Assembly (NCBI RefSeq): GCF_018977255.1 | Contig: NW_024704751.1 | Coordinates: 14,012,001-14,076,000 of the forward strand | Source: Callorhinchus milii | Lineage: Eukaryota | Direction of reading: 5' to 3' | Length of the DNA stretch: 64,000 nucleotides | The notes under the pieces: model-generated | Told to the model about the DNA's origin: nothing | What the model saw: only the letters and a program-made list of their open reading frames with translations | The model's database searches: none | Program-made: the position numbers and the translations under genes | Shown: positions 1-13,326 of the stretch, piece after piece | How positions within the stretch are numbered: position 1 is the first letter of the stretch | Layout: each line of letters opens with the position of its first letter

Positions 1-3000
1 CAATGCAAATAGATTGCAGCAGAAGTAAATCACGGCTTGCATTTCTAAGCTGTATCGCTCATAAATCCGCCCTGCGTTCTAAGTGAGACACTCATAAGCA
101 GTTTATGGAAGCATTGGAATAATCCCGGCAGCCGGTAATTCTATTCGGATGAGTTAAATGGGATTGAGCGAGCTTTTGAAATGTATCAGAGCAGAATCGA
201 GTTACAGAATATTGCAGACGGGGAAATGCTCTCCTTTGGGCTTCTTTGCGAAAGGATTAAATATAATAAACAAGAAGAAGAATAAGACCGAAATAACAAT
301 ATTCCTCGCATTTGGGCAAGCGTGGCTCTTGTAGCCTCCAAACATCTCCGAAGAGTTTCACGGGGGAAGCGATTGGAGTGAGACGTTCGACATTAAAGGC
401 TCAGTTATCGTTCTTAATAATCGTAATAATAATCCTTGCATTTAATATAGCCCCTTATCCCATCACCGAAACATCTCAGAGACAGAATATACTGTAAAGT
501 GGATTGACTCTATTTTGTGGGCAAAACAATTGCGCACAGCAGTGTCCCACAAAGAGTCGTTGATTGAGTGACCATTTTTTTTTGTTAGTCAATCGCACGT
601 GAACCCAGTGTTACGAGCGATGTCAGTGAGACGGTGACTGGGTGTAACGTGCCTCTCAAGAGCGAGAGATGCGACGAGACATGTTAATGATGTGCGTTAA
701 TCAAGGGGTTGGTATTAGCTGTGACAAGTTGTGAAACGTCGAGGAGGCTCAGAGATCCCCTTGGCATCGTCTCCGCTGAGCCGAGTGGCTCAATCTACGA
801 TTGGCGATGAGATTATATCATTTACGCTGCTCACAATATCATAATCCCATTAGGGCCCTGATGTTCCCAGTTAAAGCTCCTGTCCAGGCCTCGGGGTCTG
901 TCGCAGACGCTGGAGGAAATCAGGAGTGAAGTTTTAATTAACTGACAAATACTCGCGTATCCTCGCAGTTAAACAAGTGGAAACGATGTTCTGTCTGAAC
1001 CGTCGTTCTGAAGGTCCTGCGCCATCACTCACTCTGGTTTTACCCGAAACTCCACATCTGTTCAAAAAGCCGTGTGTCTGTTGCATACACATGGAAAACC
1101 ATCGCCGTGATCAGCCGGGTGTCTGACGCACCCACACTTGGAAATCCACCACCGTGATCAGCCGGGTGTCTTGTCTGTCTCTCACTCTCTCAACACACAC
1201 ACACACACACACACATACTCCCCCCCCCACCCCCCAACGCACATCCCCACCAACCCCAAAAAGCGCTGTGATGGAGCGTCAGCCTGGACTGTGAGCTCAA
1301 AGTCTTGACGTGAGGGGAAGGTGGGATATATAATAATAATAATCCTTGCATTTGATATCGCGACGTCTCAAAGCGCTTCACAGGATATGAATCAACTGTG
1401 TATTTTGTGGGCGAAACATACAAAAATACATATTATATATATATATATATATAGAAGGAAAAAAAAGTATATGGAGGTATTTTGGGTGTTGATTCACCAT
1501 CTTCCTGCCACCTGCTCAGTCTCTCTCTCTCACAACTGCTATGTAATATTTACTTGTTGTAAATCTCCTCTCGTTGATCTGTTGCAGCTGTAATCCCCGC
1601 AACTCTCAAAGTGTTTTGCTAATTTATTTTTGACCCGGCGTCTCTCTGACGGAATCTCTCCCCACCCCCTCCCCTCCCCAACATCTGGCTCAGATGTGTT
1701 TCTTATGAGGGGGAGTGGAGAGCATCGGATCATCATATCTTTGATATGAGACATTAAAAAATAAGCTCCCCATCTGTGCCTATTCATATCCTAATCCCTG
1801 CTCAAGGAGTATTACTATTCCCCTTCCCTCTCCCCGCCTGCACCCCACTTTCCAACTGTTACGTAACACCTGCCCCGACCCCCCCCCACCACCCCACACA
1901 CACACACTCTCGCTCTCCCCCTCTCTGTCCTGACACAGAGATTCATTTTGCGTCTAAAGATCAGTCAGCGTCACAACCCGCCATGAAACTAACGGCCAAT
2001 TACAAGGAGGAGATTGATGGCTGGGGTGGGCAGGGAGACCATATTTTGTAAACCAAATCAGGGGACACGTAGATAATAATCCCCCACACACCCCCCAGCA
2101 CCGCACTGGGGAGTCAGCCTGGACTGTGAGGCTTGTTCTTTGGTGGTTTATTTATCGCCTGGTCTGTAATGAGTCTTTAACTCGATTCCAACCGTCCCAG
2201 TACCAGTGACAAGGGCCTGTCAGGAACACAGAGCTCTGAGTTAGCCGAGGCTGGGCAAGGGTGGGCTGATGAACTGATTGATTGTCAGGCTGAGCTGGTG
2301 TTCGGAGGCAGTCTGATTTAAAAGGCTGTTGCTTTTACTCATTATATTAACTCACTGTTTTACTCAGCTCAGCAAATAGCTGTGTCAGTCATTCCCGCAA
2401 CAGCCTACCCCCCCCACACCCCAAACAGCGAGCTCCGCAACACTAAGGTTAGAGACATTTCCACACAATTAGCCGCGGAACGGTGAAACACATCGGAGCG
2501 GAACACGTCGAGAGCTTCTGCAGAAGGACCCAGGGGTTCGATCCCAGCCCAAAACAGATGGGGTTTGAAAAAGCTTCTTCTCGCTGTCAGAAATGAACGG
2601 TTTCAATCGAGCTCCACTGGATGCGAAGCCCAGTGATACAAATCTCTCCTCAAATTGGCACAAATCGGGTCCAATTCATCAATCGCAGCCGGAGAGAGAG
2701 GGGGGGAGGGAGAGAGAGAGAGCGAGAGAGAAAGCACGCAAAGATAGGTCCTAATAAATAGAAATGTCAGTGTTACTGTTACAGTGGAGGATTTGGAAGC
2801 ACAAACGTGTGTGCGGTGGTGGGCGAGAATGGGAAGTGTGGGGGGGGAATATAGAGAGAACATCACACACGAGCATTTATAGATTTATAGAACGTACAGC
2901 TCAGAATGTCACAAGCCGACAATGATAGATTGTGTTGAACCAAAGCTCGGGGTCAACCGTTAAAATGAACAGGGACAGAAAGAGGGAGAAAGGGAGAGAG

Positions 3001-5630
3001 GGAGAAAATAAAGTGGTTAACAACACAGAACATTCATTGTTTCGTGGTAGCGGAGTTAAGAAGGCTGAGTCTTTGCTGAAGCTGGCTGTGTGCCTTGAGG
3101 GGGGGAGCTAGGGAGGGGAGCTCGACCATTAAAACCACACCAGGCTCCACAGCCCTTTTATTTACTCTTTTGGTTTGTAGCTGGCTGCCTGAGGGCATCA
3201 GGCAAGGCGTTGACTGTGGAAGGATCACCCCCGTGTGTGCATTGCCGTTCACTGCAGCTGAGAGGATACAGCAACAACAATAATAATAATAATAGCCCTT
3301 TCCATCTGATACAGCGCCTGGTCACGTTGTTGAGACGTCTCAAGGTGCTTCACGGGACATATCGCGTTGCAAAGTGGGTTGACTGTATATTTTTTTTTTG
3401 GTGGGTGAAACACAGCAGCCCAGGTTGCACACGGCAGTGTCCCCACAAAGAGTCATGGAGTGAGTGACCAATTTTATTTGAGGAGATTGTTGGCCAGGAC
3501 ACCGCGAGAGAGAAACTCCTCTTTTCTTTTCGAATGGAGCAGTGGGGTCTTTAACGTCCACCTGAACAGGCAGACAGGAGCAATAAAGAGCTTTGAGATG
3601 TGGACACGGTGAGGTACATGACATGAGAATTGCTAGACGGAAAAAGACCAAGGTCCATCTAGTTCGCCTTCTACCATCCTGGGAGTCGCAGGCTACGGTA
3701 ATGGAGATGTTGATAGCAATTCATTCCGTATGGATTAGTCTACAGCGGAGTGGAAAGTGTTGGGAACCTTAGATCCAAAATAGACACAAGTCGTTGTTTC
3801 AGCAAACAAACAGCCTCGGCTCGAGCTGTAAAGAAAGCGACTCACCCGCAAGACAGGAGCTCGATTCTCCTCAAACCCGTGGCTGGGAGTCCTTTGGTTT
3901 CAGTCCTCGCCCACGAAAAAAATATAATTTGCAACAGTCACCTGTGCTGAATGGCAGAGCTCATTGAGTCCTAACCTGATGTGGTTAACGAGGGACATGT
4001 GTGTCTTTGTGGGTGTCAGTGTGTGTCTGTCGGTGTGGACTCCCTGTTAAGTGACTAATGAGTTGCAGGTTCAATACAGAGTCAATCCTGTTCAAGCCCA
4101 ACATCCCCCCACCCACTCCCCGCCCCCCCCCCCTCATTCAGCAACCACCCGCTGTCAATAACCACCCTGGAACAGCTCCGGAACGATTTCCCACAATAAA
4201 CGACCTCTGTTCAGCAACCACCTGTCCAACGCAACCAGCAGCCGATGCTTTTTTTTTTAAGCCTCGTCACGGGTCCGGATTGGAACCTGTGAAGTATCTT
4301 TCTGGCCTGACATGACCACATCTGTCCACCAGGAGGCACTTTTTCCCGCAGGGCTTTCAGAGCCCCAACGAAGCAATGGAACCATCATCAACAACAACAA
4401 CAACAACAACAACAAGATTACATTTGTATAGCGCCTTTCACGTCGGGAGGACCTCCGAACCGCGGGGCAGAGTGCAGCATTTCATCACCTGTTGGAAAGG
4501 GGGAGAAGGGAGTGTCTCTGTATCTTGGCCACGGTTAGTTGCTTCATGGCTGTTTGCAGGACCTGGTTGGGTACAGTATAACCGCTGCTGTCGCCTTGAA
4601 CGGGCAGAGGTTTGTTCCGAGACAAATTAGATTGAAGGTGACAAAGATTGTTCCTTAAATTATCAGCCATCAGAGTGGGACCAATTAATCGGAGACCGAT
4701 TACCTTCCCCGAGAGTAGAGTCAACATTGTTTTGCATCAGAGGCTGATTGACGGGTCAGTCGTTTGACGGCTCGTTAGGGATCAATCAGGAGGTCTGATT
4801 GTACAATCTTCATTGACGTTGGGGAGGGGGCTTCGGGGAGATAATTGATATGCCGTAATTTCCCATTAAGTCTCCCGCTCTCGATGGGGGCGGTGAATCA
4901 GCAATCAGCGCGGATTGCACAATCAGGTGTAAGTGGGACAAATCAGGTCCCTTCGGAATCGGTGGGGATGCAAATCGCAATCACCCCTCGTGCACGTGGA
5001 CGGGCAAATGGTCGGAGCATTTGGCTGGTCAGAGATCCGATGAGCGTAAATTGAGAGCTTACTACAATCACCTCGCGCTGTGAGTTGCGACCACGCGCCG
5101 TAGGGGTCGATAGAACCCTAGACGTGTACAGCAGAGAAGGCCCTTTGGCTGGTTGTGTCTGAGCCGCTCTATTAAGAGCAATGCTTTCAGTCCCGAGCGC
5201 TCCGGGACACTACCCCGCACGAGGGGCGCTATATAAAGGCAGGTTGTTGTTGCTGTTGTTAGTGTACTTGCTGGTGGTATTGTCGGAGTTGCCGTCCTTC
5301 AGACGGAGACTGTGAGCTCAACTGTCCTGACCCGGGGTTCTGCTCGATATCCCTCGGCTTCCACTAAGTTCAGTTCTCATCGAAATCGAAGCGATTTGTG
5401 ATTAAAAAGTAACAGTATTCGCCGGGTGCGTTTATAATAAGAAAAATAAATTTATTTCGGCCAAAAAACATATTACAAACAAAAACGCGGGCGATGCAGG
5501 TCGTAAAGCGAACAGAAACCTTCCAGCAGTTTGGTACTTTTAAGCTTCAAGCATGTAAATGACAGCTCAATAAAAAAAATAGCATTTGAGGTCCACTGTG
5601 CAAATTGACTGCGGTAAACGTTAAAAGTTC

Positions 5631-5665
<35 letters not shown>

Positions 5666-5703
5666 CAAGTGGCATGGAATGAAAGAGAGCGCAGTTCCTG
5701 GTC

Positions 5704-6771
5704 TCAATGCTGAAGTGTTCCAGTGGGGTTAAGGCCCTGGAAGATCATATCCCCTTCATTGTTGGTGGTCACGGTGAAGGACTTTCGTGAGGTTCTCCAT
5801 GTGCTCAAGCGTTTGGTGAGGAACCTCCTGAACTTCTTGGTCAGGAAGCAGTAGATAATGGGGTCCAGAGCGCAGTTCAAGCTCATCAGACACAGCGTGA
5901 CCTGGTGTGCGTCATTGACCGCCTGGCGGAATTGACAATCGTCAACCCTCCACTGCTCCAGCACCGTGAGGGTCCAGGGTCCCTGCACCACGTGGTGGGG
6001 CAGGAAGCACAGGCTGAACACTACCATCACAGCACACACCATGCGGAACGCTTGCTGCTTGACCGAGTGGTTGGTGTTGCCGGGCTGGATGGTCTGGGTG
6101 GACAACAGCCGGAGGATGTGCAGGTTGCACACGACGATGACCAGGAAGGCGAAGAAGAAGGCGGTGATCAAGACAAAATTGCTGATCATCACTGCCATCG
6201 ATGAGTCCTTGTCGTACCCTTCGAAGCAGTGGGTCTGAGTCCCCACCTGATTGGTACTCTTCATGAAGAGGAACGGGCTGGCGCTGCACAGGATGATGAA
6301 CCAAATGGCGAAGGACACGATCATGCCCCTCTTCCTGCCGCTCTGCTGGATGCTCTCGATGGGTCGGGCCACGGCGCAGTAACGGTTGTAGCTGATGGCG
6401 GCCAGGAAGGCGATGGAGCAGTAGGTGTTGATGAAGAACAGGCAACCGACCATTCGGCAGAAGAACTCCGGGAAGACCCAGTTTCCGAGACCGCAGTAGT
6501 AGACGATCCAGAACGGCAAGGTCAGGATGAAGAGCAGGTCGGCAATGCTCAGGTTCACCATGAAGATCTTGACCTCGTTGATGTTTCTGGACATTGACAA
6601 GTGCTTGAAGACCCAGAGCACATAGCAATTGCCCATCAGCCCCAACAGGAAGATGATACTGTACACGACCGGGAAGAGGATGTATCTGAACTCAGTGTCC
6701 ACAGTGCAGTTGCTCTTGCGCTCGCTGGAGTTGCTGAGAGAGACGTTACTTGGGGAATACATGGCATCCAT
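5704..6771 (-). CDS. PTAFR: Platelet-activating factor receptor (class A GPCR), intronless CDS
   Basis: ORF reads MDAMYS..CTVDTEFRYILFPVVYSIIFLLGLMGNCYVLWVF..EVKIFMVNLSIADLLF..GCLFFINTYCSIAFLAAISYNRY..CFLPHHVVQGPWTL..DAHQVTLCLMSLNCALDPIIYCFLTKKFR. These motifs match PAFR (NRx instead of DRY, DPxxY). First ATG at 6771, second at 6762; the ORF track starts at a GTG at 6792. Acceptor near 6922 and minus-strand AATAAA at 5451-5456. DNAJC8 is adjacent, as in human. Confidence 0.93.
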   Translation of the reverse strand: MDAMYSPSNVSLSNSSERKSNCTVDTEFRYILFPVVYSIIFLLGLMGNCYVLWVFKHLSMSRNINEVKIFMVNLSIADLLFILTLPFWIVYYCGLGNWVFPEFFCRMVGCLFFINTYCSIAFLAAISYNRYCAVARPIESIQQSGRKRGMIVSFAIWFIILCSASPFLFMKSTNQVGTQTHCFEGYDKDSSMAVMISNFVLITAFFFAFLVIVVCNLHILRLLSTQTIQPGNTNHSVKQQAFRMVCAVMVVFSLCFLPHHVVQGPWTLTVLEQWRVDDCQFRQAVNDAHQVTLCLMSLNCALDPIIYCFLTKKFRRFLTKRLSTWRTSRKSFTVTTNNEGDMIFQGLNPTGTLQH

Positions 6772-7534
6772 GAGGATCAGGCACCCCACCACCTTAGAAG
6801 AAGAACTCCGTTAAGGCTCAAGGACCACGTGCGGGGAGGGAGGAAAGGGGAGCTGGAAACTAACACTCACGAAGCTCGGAGGAAACTCCCCCACCCCCCA
6901 CCCTCAGGGAATACGAGGAATCTAGCAAAAGAAACAAGAAGAATTTGAAAATCAGCGCCTTTCAATAAAATAAAATTGTGAGAGTCTAATTTAATTTACT
7001 AATTTATCAATTCAGCCACCACGCCCCGAAACTCTGAAACTCTCTCCCTCAATCCCTCCGCCTTGCCCCCTCCCTCCTTCCCCATCTTCAGGAGGGGTTT
7101 GAAGAACTTCCTCTTCGACCGTGCTTATAGTCACCTCCCGACCTCCCCCTCCAGAACGGCTGGGCTGGGCTCCCTGCTGTCTAAGTTCAACTGCGCACGG
7201 TTTTAGGAAATAAGGCTTTCTCTTACTCAACAACTACTTGTAATCAGTCGTGTTCCTCGCACTCGTTATCATGTTGTCGAGGGAGTCACATAATGCATTT
7301 CGTTGCTGTGCGCAATTGGCTGCCACATTCCGCCCACAAATATACAGTCAATTCACTTTACAGTGTGTTCTGTGAAGCGCTTTGGGACGTCCTCCCGACG
7401 TGAAAAGCGCTATATCAAATGCAAGGATTATCATTATTATTATTATATTATCATGTCTCAAAAGCAGAATAAGGCGCTGTATCAAATGCAAGGATTATTA
7501 TTATTATTACTACTAATGCCCCTTCCCTTTATCA

Positions 7535-9078
7535 AGCTACCGGCCCATCTCCAACCTCCCCTTTCTCTCCAAGGTCCTGGAAAGAGTTGTCGCCTCCCAA
7601 CTGCGCTCTTTCCTTTCCACCCATTCTCTTTTCGAACCCCTTCAGTCAGGTTTCCGTGCTGCCCATAGCACAGAAACTGCCCTGGTCAAGGTCACCAATG
7701 ATATCCTGACCATCTGTGACCAGGGCTCCCTCTGCCTCCTCGTCCTCCTCGACCTATCGGCAGCATTCGATACGGTCGACCACGCTATCCTACTCCACCG
7801 CTTGTCCTCCCACCTCAACCTTCAAGGCACTGTCCTTGAGTGGTTTAGGTCGTACCTTTCTCACCGTCTTCACTTTGTCTCGACGAATGGCTTCTCCTCC
7901 ACCCCCCGTACTGTCTCATGTGGTGTCCCTCAGGGCTCTGTCCTCGGTCCCCTCCTCTTCACCCTCTATATGCTCCCCCTGTGGTGACATCATCCGCAGA
8001 CATGGGTTAACTTCCACATGTATGCGGATGACACCCAACTCTACCTTTCCTCCTCTACTCTCAACTCCACGACCCCCGATGTCCTGACAGCTGCCTGTCC
8101 GACATCGAGTCCTGGACGAGAGACAACTTTCTTCAGCTCAACGTGCGAAAAACCGAGGCCCTCCTGATTGGCTCACGTCAGCGCCTCCGCACCTCAGGCG
8201 CCATCAGCATCCAAGGCCGCACTCTCCACCTCTCAAAGCCAGTCAGGAACCTCGGGGTTCTGTCCGACCCTGAGCTGTCCTTTCTCCCTCATATCCGCAC
8301 CACAACTGGCACCGCCTTCCATCACCTCCGGAACATCGCCAGACTACGGCACTACCTCACCCCTCACGCTGCTGAAACTCTGGTCCACACCTTTATCACC
8401 TCAAGGCTGGACTATGGGAACTCTCTCCTCGCCGGCCTTCCCGGCACCTCCCTCCACACTGCAGGTCATTCAGAACTCTGCAGCTCGTGCACTGTCGCGC
8501 ACCAGACACCGCGACCACATCACTCCCACCCTCGCCCTCACCCTCGCTCGCCTCCACTGGCTCCCCATCCCCCAGAGGATCGAATTCAAGATCCTCATCC
8601 TCACCTACAAGGCCATTCACGGCCTCGCTCCCTCCTACCTCTCCAACCTACTATCCCCCTACCTACCTGCCCGTACCCTCCGTTCCTGCGGCTCCGGTCT
8701 GCTCCACGTCCCCCGCCCCAACCGCCCTACTATCGGTGGTCGGGCCTTCAGCCTCTCAGCCCCGAGGCTCTGGAACTCCATCCCCCAGTGCCTTCGCCGC
8801 TTCCTCCCTTTCCTCCTTCAAGGCCGGTCTCAAAACCTTTCTCTTTGACCGAGCCTTCAGCTCCCCTCTCGACTCTCTACCCCCTCCTCGCTCCCTCCCT
8901 TCCCTCCCCTCACCCTGACCATTTCCCCCCTCCTCGCTCCCTCCCTTCCCTCCCCTCACCCTGACCATTTCCCCCCAATGCTCGGGTCATGACTCAACTG
9001 TGCAGCGCCTTGGGACGTCCTCCTGACGTGAAAGGCGCTTTATAAATGGAATCTTGTTGTTGTTGTTGTTGTTGTTGT
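7535..9078 (+). mobile_element. 5'-truncated L2-clade LINE (RT C-terminal half, frameshifted) with (TTG)n tail
   Basis: Encodes [61 protein letters not shown] and LHWLPIPQRIEFKIL. Ends in a 3' stem-loop plus ttg repeats, with a short tandem duplication in the 3' UTR. Confidence 0.92.
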
Positions 9079-12000
9079 TCACGCAGGAGAGCGTCTCGCA
9101 GCTCAATGCATTCAGAGTCTCGAAGATTACAGGAGTAAGTGTGCAAGCCAGATCTTTTCGTCGCTTGGATAAATCATACACATGTGCCTGTTTCCAGGCA
9201 TTGTTGATCCAAACAATGCTTTGGAAAATGGTTATGAGAGCCTCTGTCAAAATTAGCAAATGAATGCCAAAACAAACCCTGGCAGGTTTAAGAGCGGTTT
9301 CTGATTTAACAGTGAAAGAGATAGGATTCAGAGCTCGTGTTAGTTCGTTAAATGTAACTTGGGAAACATGATGTTCTTCTCAAAATGCCTCTTAAATCTC
9401 ATCTGCCTGACCATGCCTCCGGCCAATGCTGTTATTAAGTCCCTTTCCCGCTCCTCACCCTGCCTCTGCCTCATTCCTCGCTTTCCTTGCTATTGAAGTG
9501 CTTCAAGAGGTCCTTTAACACTTGAAAGGCGCTGTGTTAAACGTAGGTTATCATTATCGTACCGGACAGTACAGACATCGGAAAGCAAAGAATGACCAGA
9601 CAACAATATTCGTTATAACAAAAATTTGTGTGTTTTGTAAGCCGATACAGCTTAGCATTGAGAGCACTGTCCGTCAAGCTTCCCGTTGCTCATCCAGCTC
9701 GGAGAACCTCTGTCCCTTTAAGCCGTTGACTTTGGCTGGCAGACTTAACAGGGAAGAATTCCTCCTCCCAGGGTGACACGGAATCTGTTATGGGACAGCG
9801 CACACTCCCAGGCAGGAGGTGGGTCACCATACTCAGATTTCCCAGGAAACACTTACTCAACAGATTAAACAAAAGGCTTAAGCGGAAAAGCACTCCTGCC
9901 TTAGAAATGTGTCTGTTAGACACGCAGCCCCAACGTGTGGGAGCTCTGCTTTGCTTTGAAACCAGCCCGAAATTGCTTGTAGCTACAGGTATCCATCAGA
10001 TCATCACAACCCGTACAACAAAGACAAGAATCAAGCTGAGACAAGTCTCAGTACACACAATGTATGTCAGCAGGCACCCGGCACTCAGATATGTCTGAGT
10101 TCCCGCCCGATCTCAGCCTGAGAGACAATTTTGCCTGTTCTCTCTGGCACGACACACGTCGAGACCGCAATAGTAGATTCCACGTTTCGGAGACCTCCAG
10201 ACCAGACTGCGAGTTTCGCGCATTGGATGCTATTTCACCTTAAAATTTAAGAGCGAGCAGAATCTTTGCTCGTTTCCGCAGTTAATAATAATAATAATAA
10301 TCTTTACGATTGGCACAGCTCCTTTCACGCTGAGAAGACAACAACAACATACAGTGCCTTTCAAGCACGGTAGCATCTCAGAGCGTTTACGTCCCAAAGC
10401 ACAAATATATACTATAAATAATAATGGGCCTTATCGCTTCTTCGAGACGTCTCAAAGCACTTCACAGAATACGCTGACTCCATATTTTGTTTCCCGGGCA
10501 GGGCCATATCTTAGGCAAGTTTCCTTACTCCAGACGCAGCTGTTTACTGAGCGGTAAGTAGGAACCTGGTTGTTGGTCGATTAGCGGATCGCTTTTCCGG
10601 GGATAATAATCCCTTTTAAAAAATAATAATGATACTAACTTGGTCACTCGAACCACAACTGGGACACTGCTGTGTGTAATTGACTGCCGCATTTTTACCA
10701 CAAAATATCCAGTCAATTCACTTCACAGTATATCCAGTGTAGTTCCTTGAGATACCCAGAAGACGTGATAAGGCGCTGTATCAAAGGTCTACATTATTAT
10801 AACTCAATATCTCCGACGGCAATAACACACAGGGAAAAAATCCTCACCTGAGTATTGTCAAAGGATCTTAAATTAGTTGATTCACCTCTATCCTGTGAAC
10901 TGGGAGTTTCCGAGGACTCAGAGCTAGAAGAGTTTCTCTGTGCTGTCTCACCGCTCGGGAACTCTCTCTGATCTCTTCGTCTCCTTTGGTTGAAACTCTG
11001 AATTTCCGCTCTATCACAATACTGAGCAGGTGGTTGAGCAACGATGAGTCAGAGAAATTGTCAGGAGGAAATAATGCAAAAGTTTCTTTCAAACTGAAGC
11101 TTTTTTTTCCCCCCTAAGTACAAGCTGGCTAGAACGAGGGGCCAAGAAAAAAACCGCAAGCAATGAAGAGACAGCGAAGGTTAGCTTTGTGAAACCTGTA
11201 TGTTTAACACCTGCGTGTTACCCCAGGAAGCAGCGAAACGGGTTTGTAAAGATCGTAAGTAAGGACAATAATCCTCTGAAATTACAAAACTGCCTCAGTT
11301 ATTCCCCGCCTCGCTTTCACCCCCTCTTCCCCTCTCTCTCTCTCTCTCTCTCTCCCACCCACCCACACAGGACCTTGCATTCCATTGCACAATCAGCGAA
11401 TTCTTACGCAATATAATTCAGGAAGACACAGGACATCACTTCACACAGCTGGCTAACCCAGGGAAAAGAGAGAGAGAGAGAGAGAGAGCGCAGGAGGGTG
11501 TGGGATGGGTCGGAATAAGGGCTGGAAGCACTCACTGATCACAGTTCACTCACTAAACAAACATGAAGTAAATCTCTTACAACAGGTTCGAAGCGACACA
11601 GGGCACCGCGTGCAAGTGGGACTTCTTTCTCTTTTCGAAAAGTGCCGTGGGTCTTTAATGTCCACCACTCTTCAAAGCAAAGGCGCCTCTGCCAAAACAG
11701 CCCCCGTTCTTCCAGCACCGTTCTGGAAGATCAAACTAGATTGCGTGAAATCATCACTGCCCACAGCTCATTTGCGCTCCACCACTTCCTTTGCTGCTGC
11801 AAACTCTTTTAGCTGTACCCACAAGCCTCCTGACGACATCTGGAGTCAAGCCCATTACCGTCCTTGTCCATCTCAGGGCCCAATAACTAAACAAGAAATT
11901 TATTTTCCCCCCTTCCTCTTATGTCAAGCACATGCCAGATGCCCCCTCCGCTCTCTCTCTCTCTCTCCCCTTCCCCAATTCTCAATTCCCCACTCAATTT

Positions 12001-13064
12001 AATCACTGCTGCCCCACCCATGCTCACCAGTGCCATAATCTTGCCATCCCCAAACCCTACTCTTTATAATAATAATTATAATCCTTTCATTTGATTGATA
12101 TAGATATATATATATACAAATAAAGTGAATTGACTATATACTTTGTGAGCAAAAAGTGGCAGCCGATTGCAGTGTCCCACAAACAATCGTGGATTGAGTG
12201 ACCAAATTATCTATTTGTTTGTTTGAAGGGATTATTACCCACCGCAAAGCGACCCTGCTAATCGACTAACAACCAGGTTCCTACTTACTACTAAGTAAAC
12301 AGAGGCGCGTGGAGTAAGGAAATTTGACTACGGTTTCGCCCTTTTAGAGTACAATAGAGGCTGAGAATAAAATTGGAAATCACCTTTGTGTATGAACTCG
12401 GAAAAAACTTACAACAATTTCTTACCCTTCGGTGCGTGGACAGTCGGCGTCTGAACACGACACTGCTGAATGGACTTTGTCAGATTAATTAATTACTCGG
12501 AGAGGTAAACTTCCTGTAAAACGATTCCCATAATCTTCCCGCAAACAGACCTCCTCTGTAATTATCGAATTGGTTCTACTAAACCGCAGGACAGTTTAGC
12601 ATTTCTCATTCGGAAAAAAAAAAAAACCCTGTTTCTTTCAAAAGCGAACGTGATAGGTTTCTTTTAGGAAATAATATCTAAATGCAATATTTACACAACA
12701 TGTGCACGTGCGACTGCCAGGTCGGTGGAAGGCAAGCTGGATGGACATTTGTCCTCTTTCATCTAGCAAATCGTACGTTCTAAAGAGCATTACCAAACTT
12801 ACCAGCCTGGCTCCTCGCACTGTCAGTGGGGCACAAACTCAACTCAAGTTGGTATAACAGGCCTCATTGATCAAGGATTACAATCACAATATACAACCAC
12901 ATATGTTTCTTCTACAGAAGTCTTTCCTCGCTTCTAATCTGTCCACGTCTCAAAAGCACGAGTAGCAACTGCATAAAACATTCTCAAGACCTTTACCCAC
13001 ATAATGCCTTTCATCTCGGTCTTCTAAACCATTTCTCTTTTCACCAGTCGTCCTGCGATTGAAG

Positions 13065-13326
13065 GCGGGTAAATTCAGAGCGAATCTACGCAAACCCTAT
13101 TTCCGGGAGCGAATACTAAACCTGTGGAATAGGTTCCCTAACGAGACATCTGAAGCAGGAAATGTTGATTCTTTCCAACACAGATCTGATAGTTTCCAGA
13201 TCTGATAGCATCATGGGATACAGTACATAGGTAGTTCGGGATATATGTGCAGGCGATCGCCAGGAAGGTGGAAGCCGAACTAGACGGACTTTGGTCTTTT
13301 TCTCGTCTAGCATTTCTTATGTTCTT
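13065..13326 (+). mobile_element. CR1 LINE 3' fragment
   Basis: Encodes GGKFRANLRKPYFRERILNLWNR and ends with (cttatgtt)-type terminal repeats. Confidence 0.65.

Noticed and set aside
5905-6948. Long antisense and alternative-frame ORFs over PTAFR
   Set aside because: Expected by-product of high GC3 codon usage in the real CDS.
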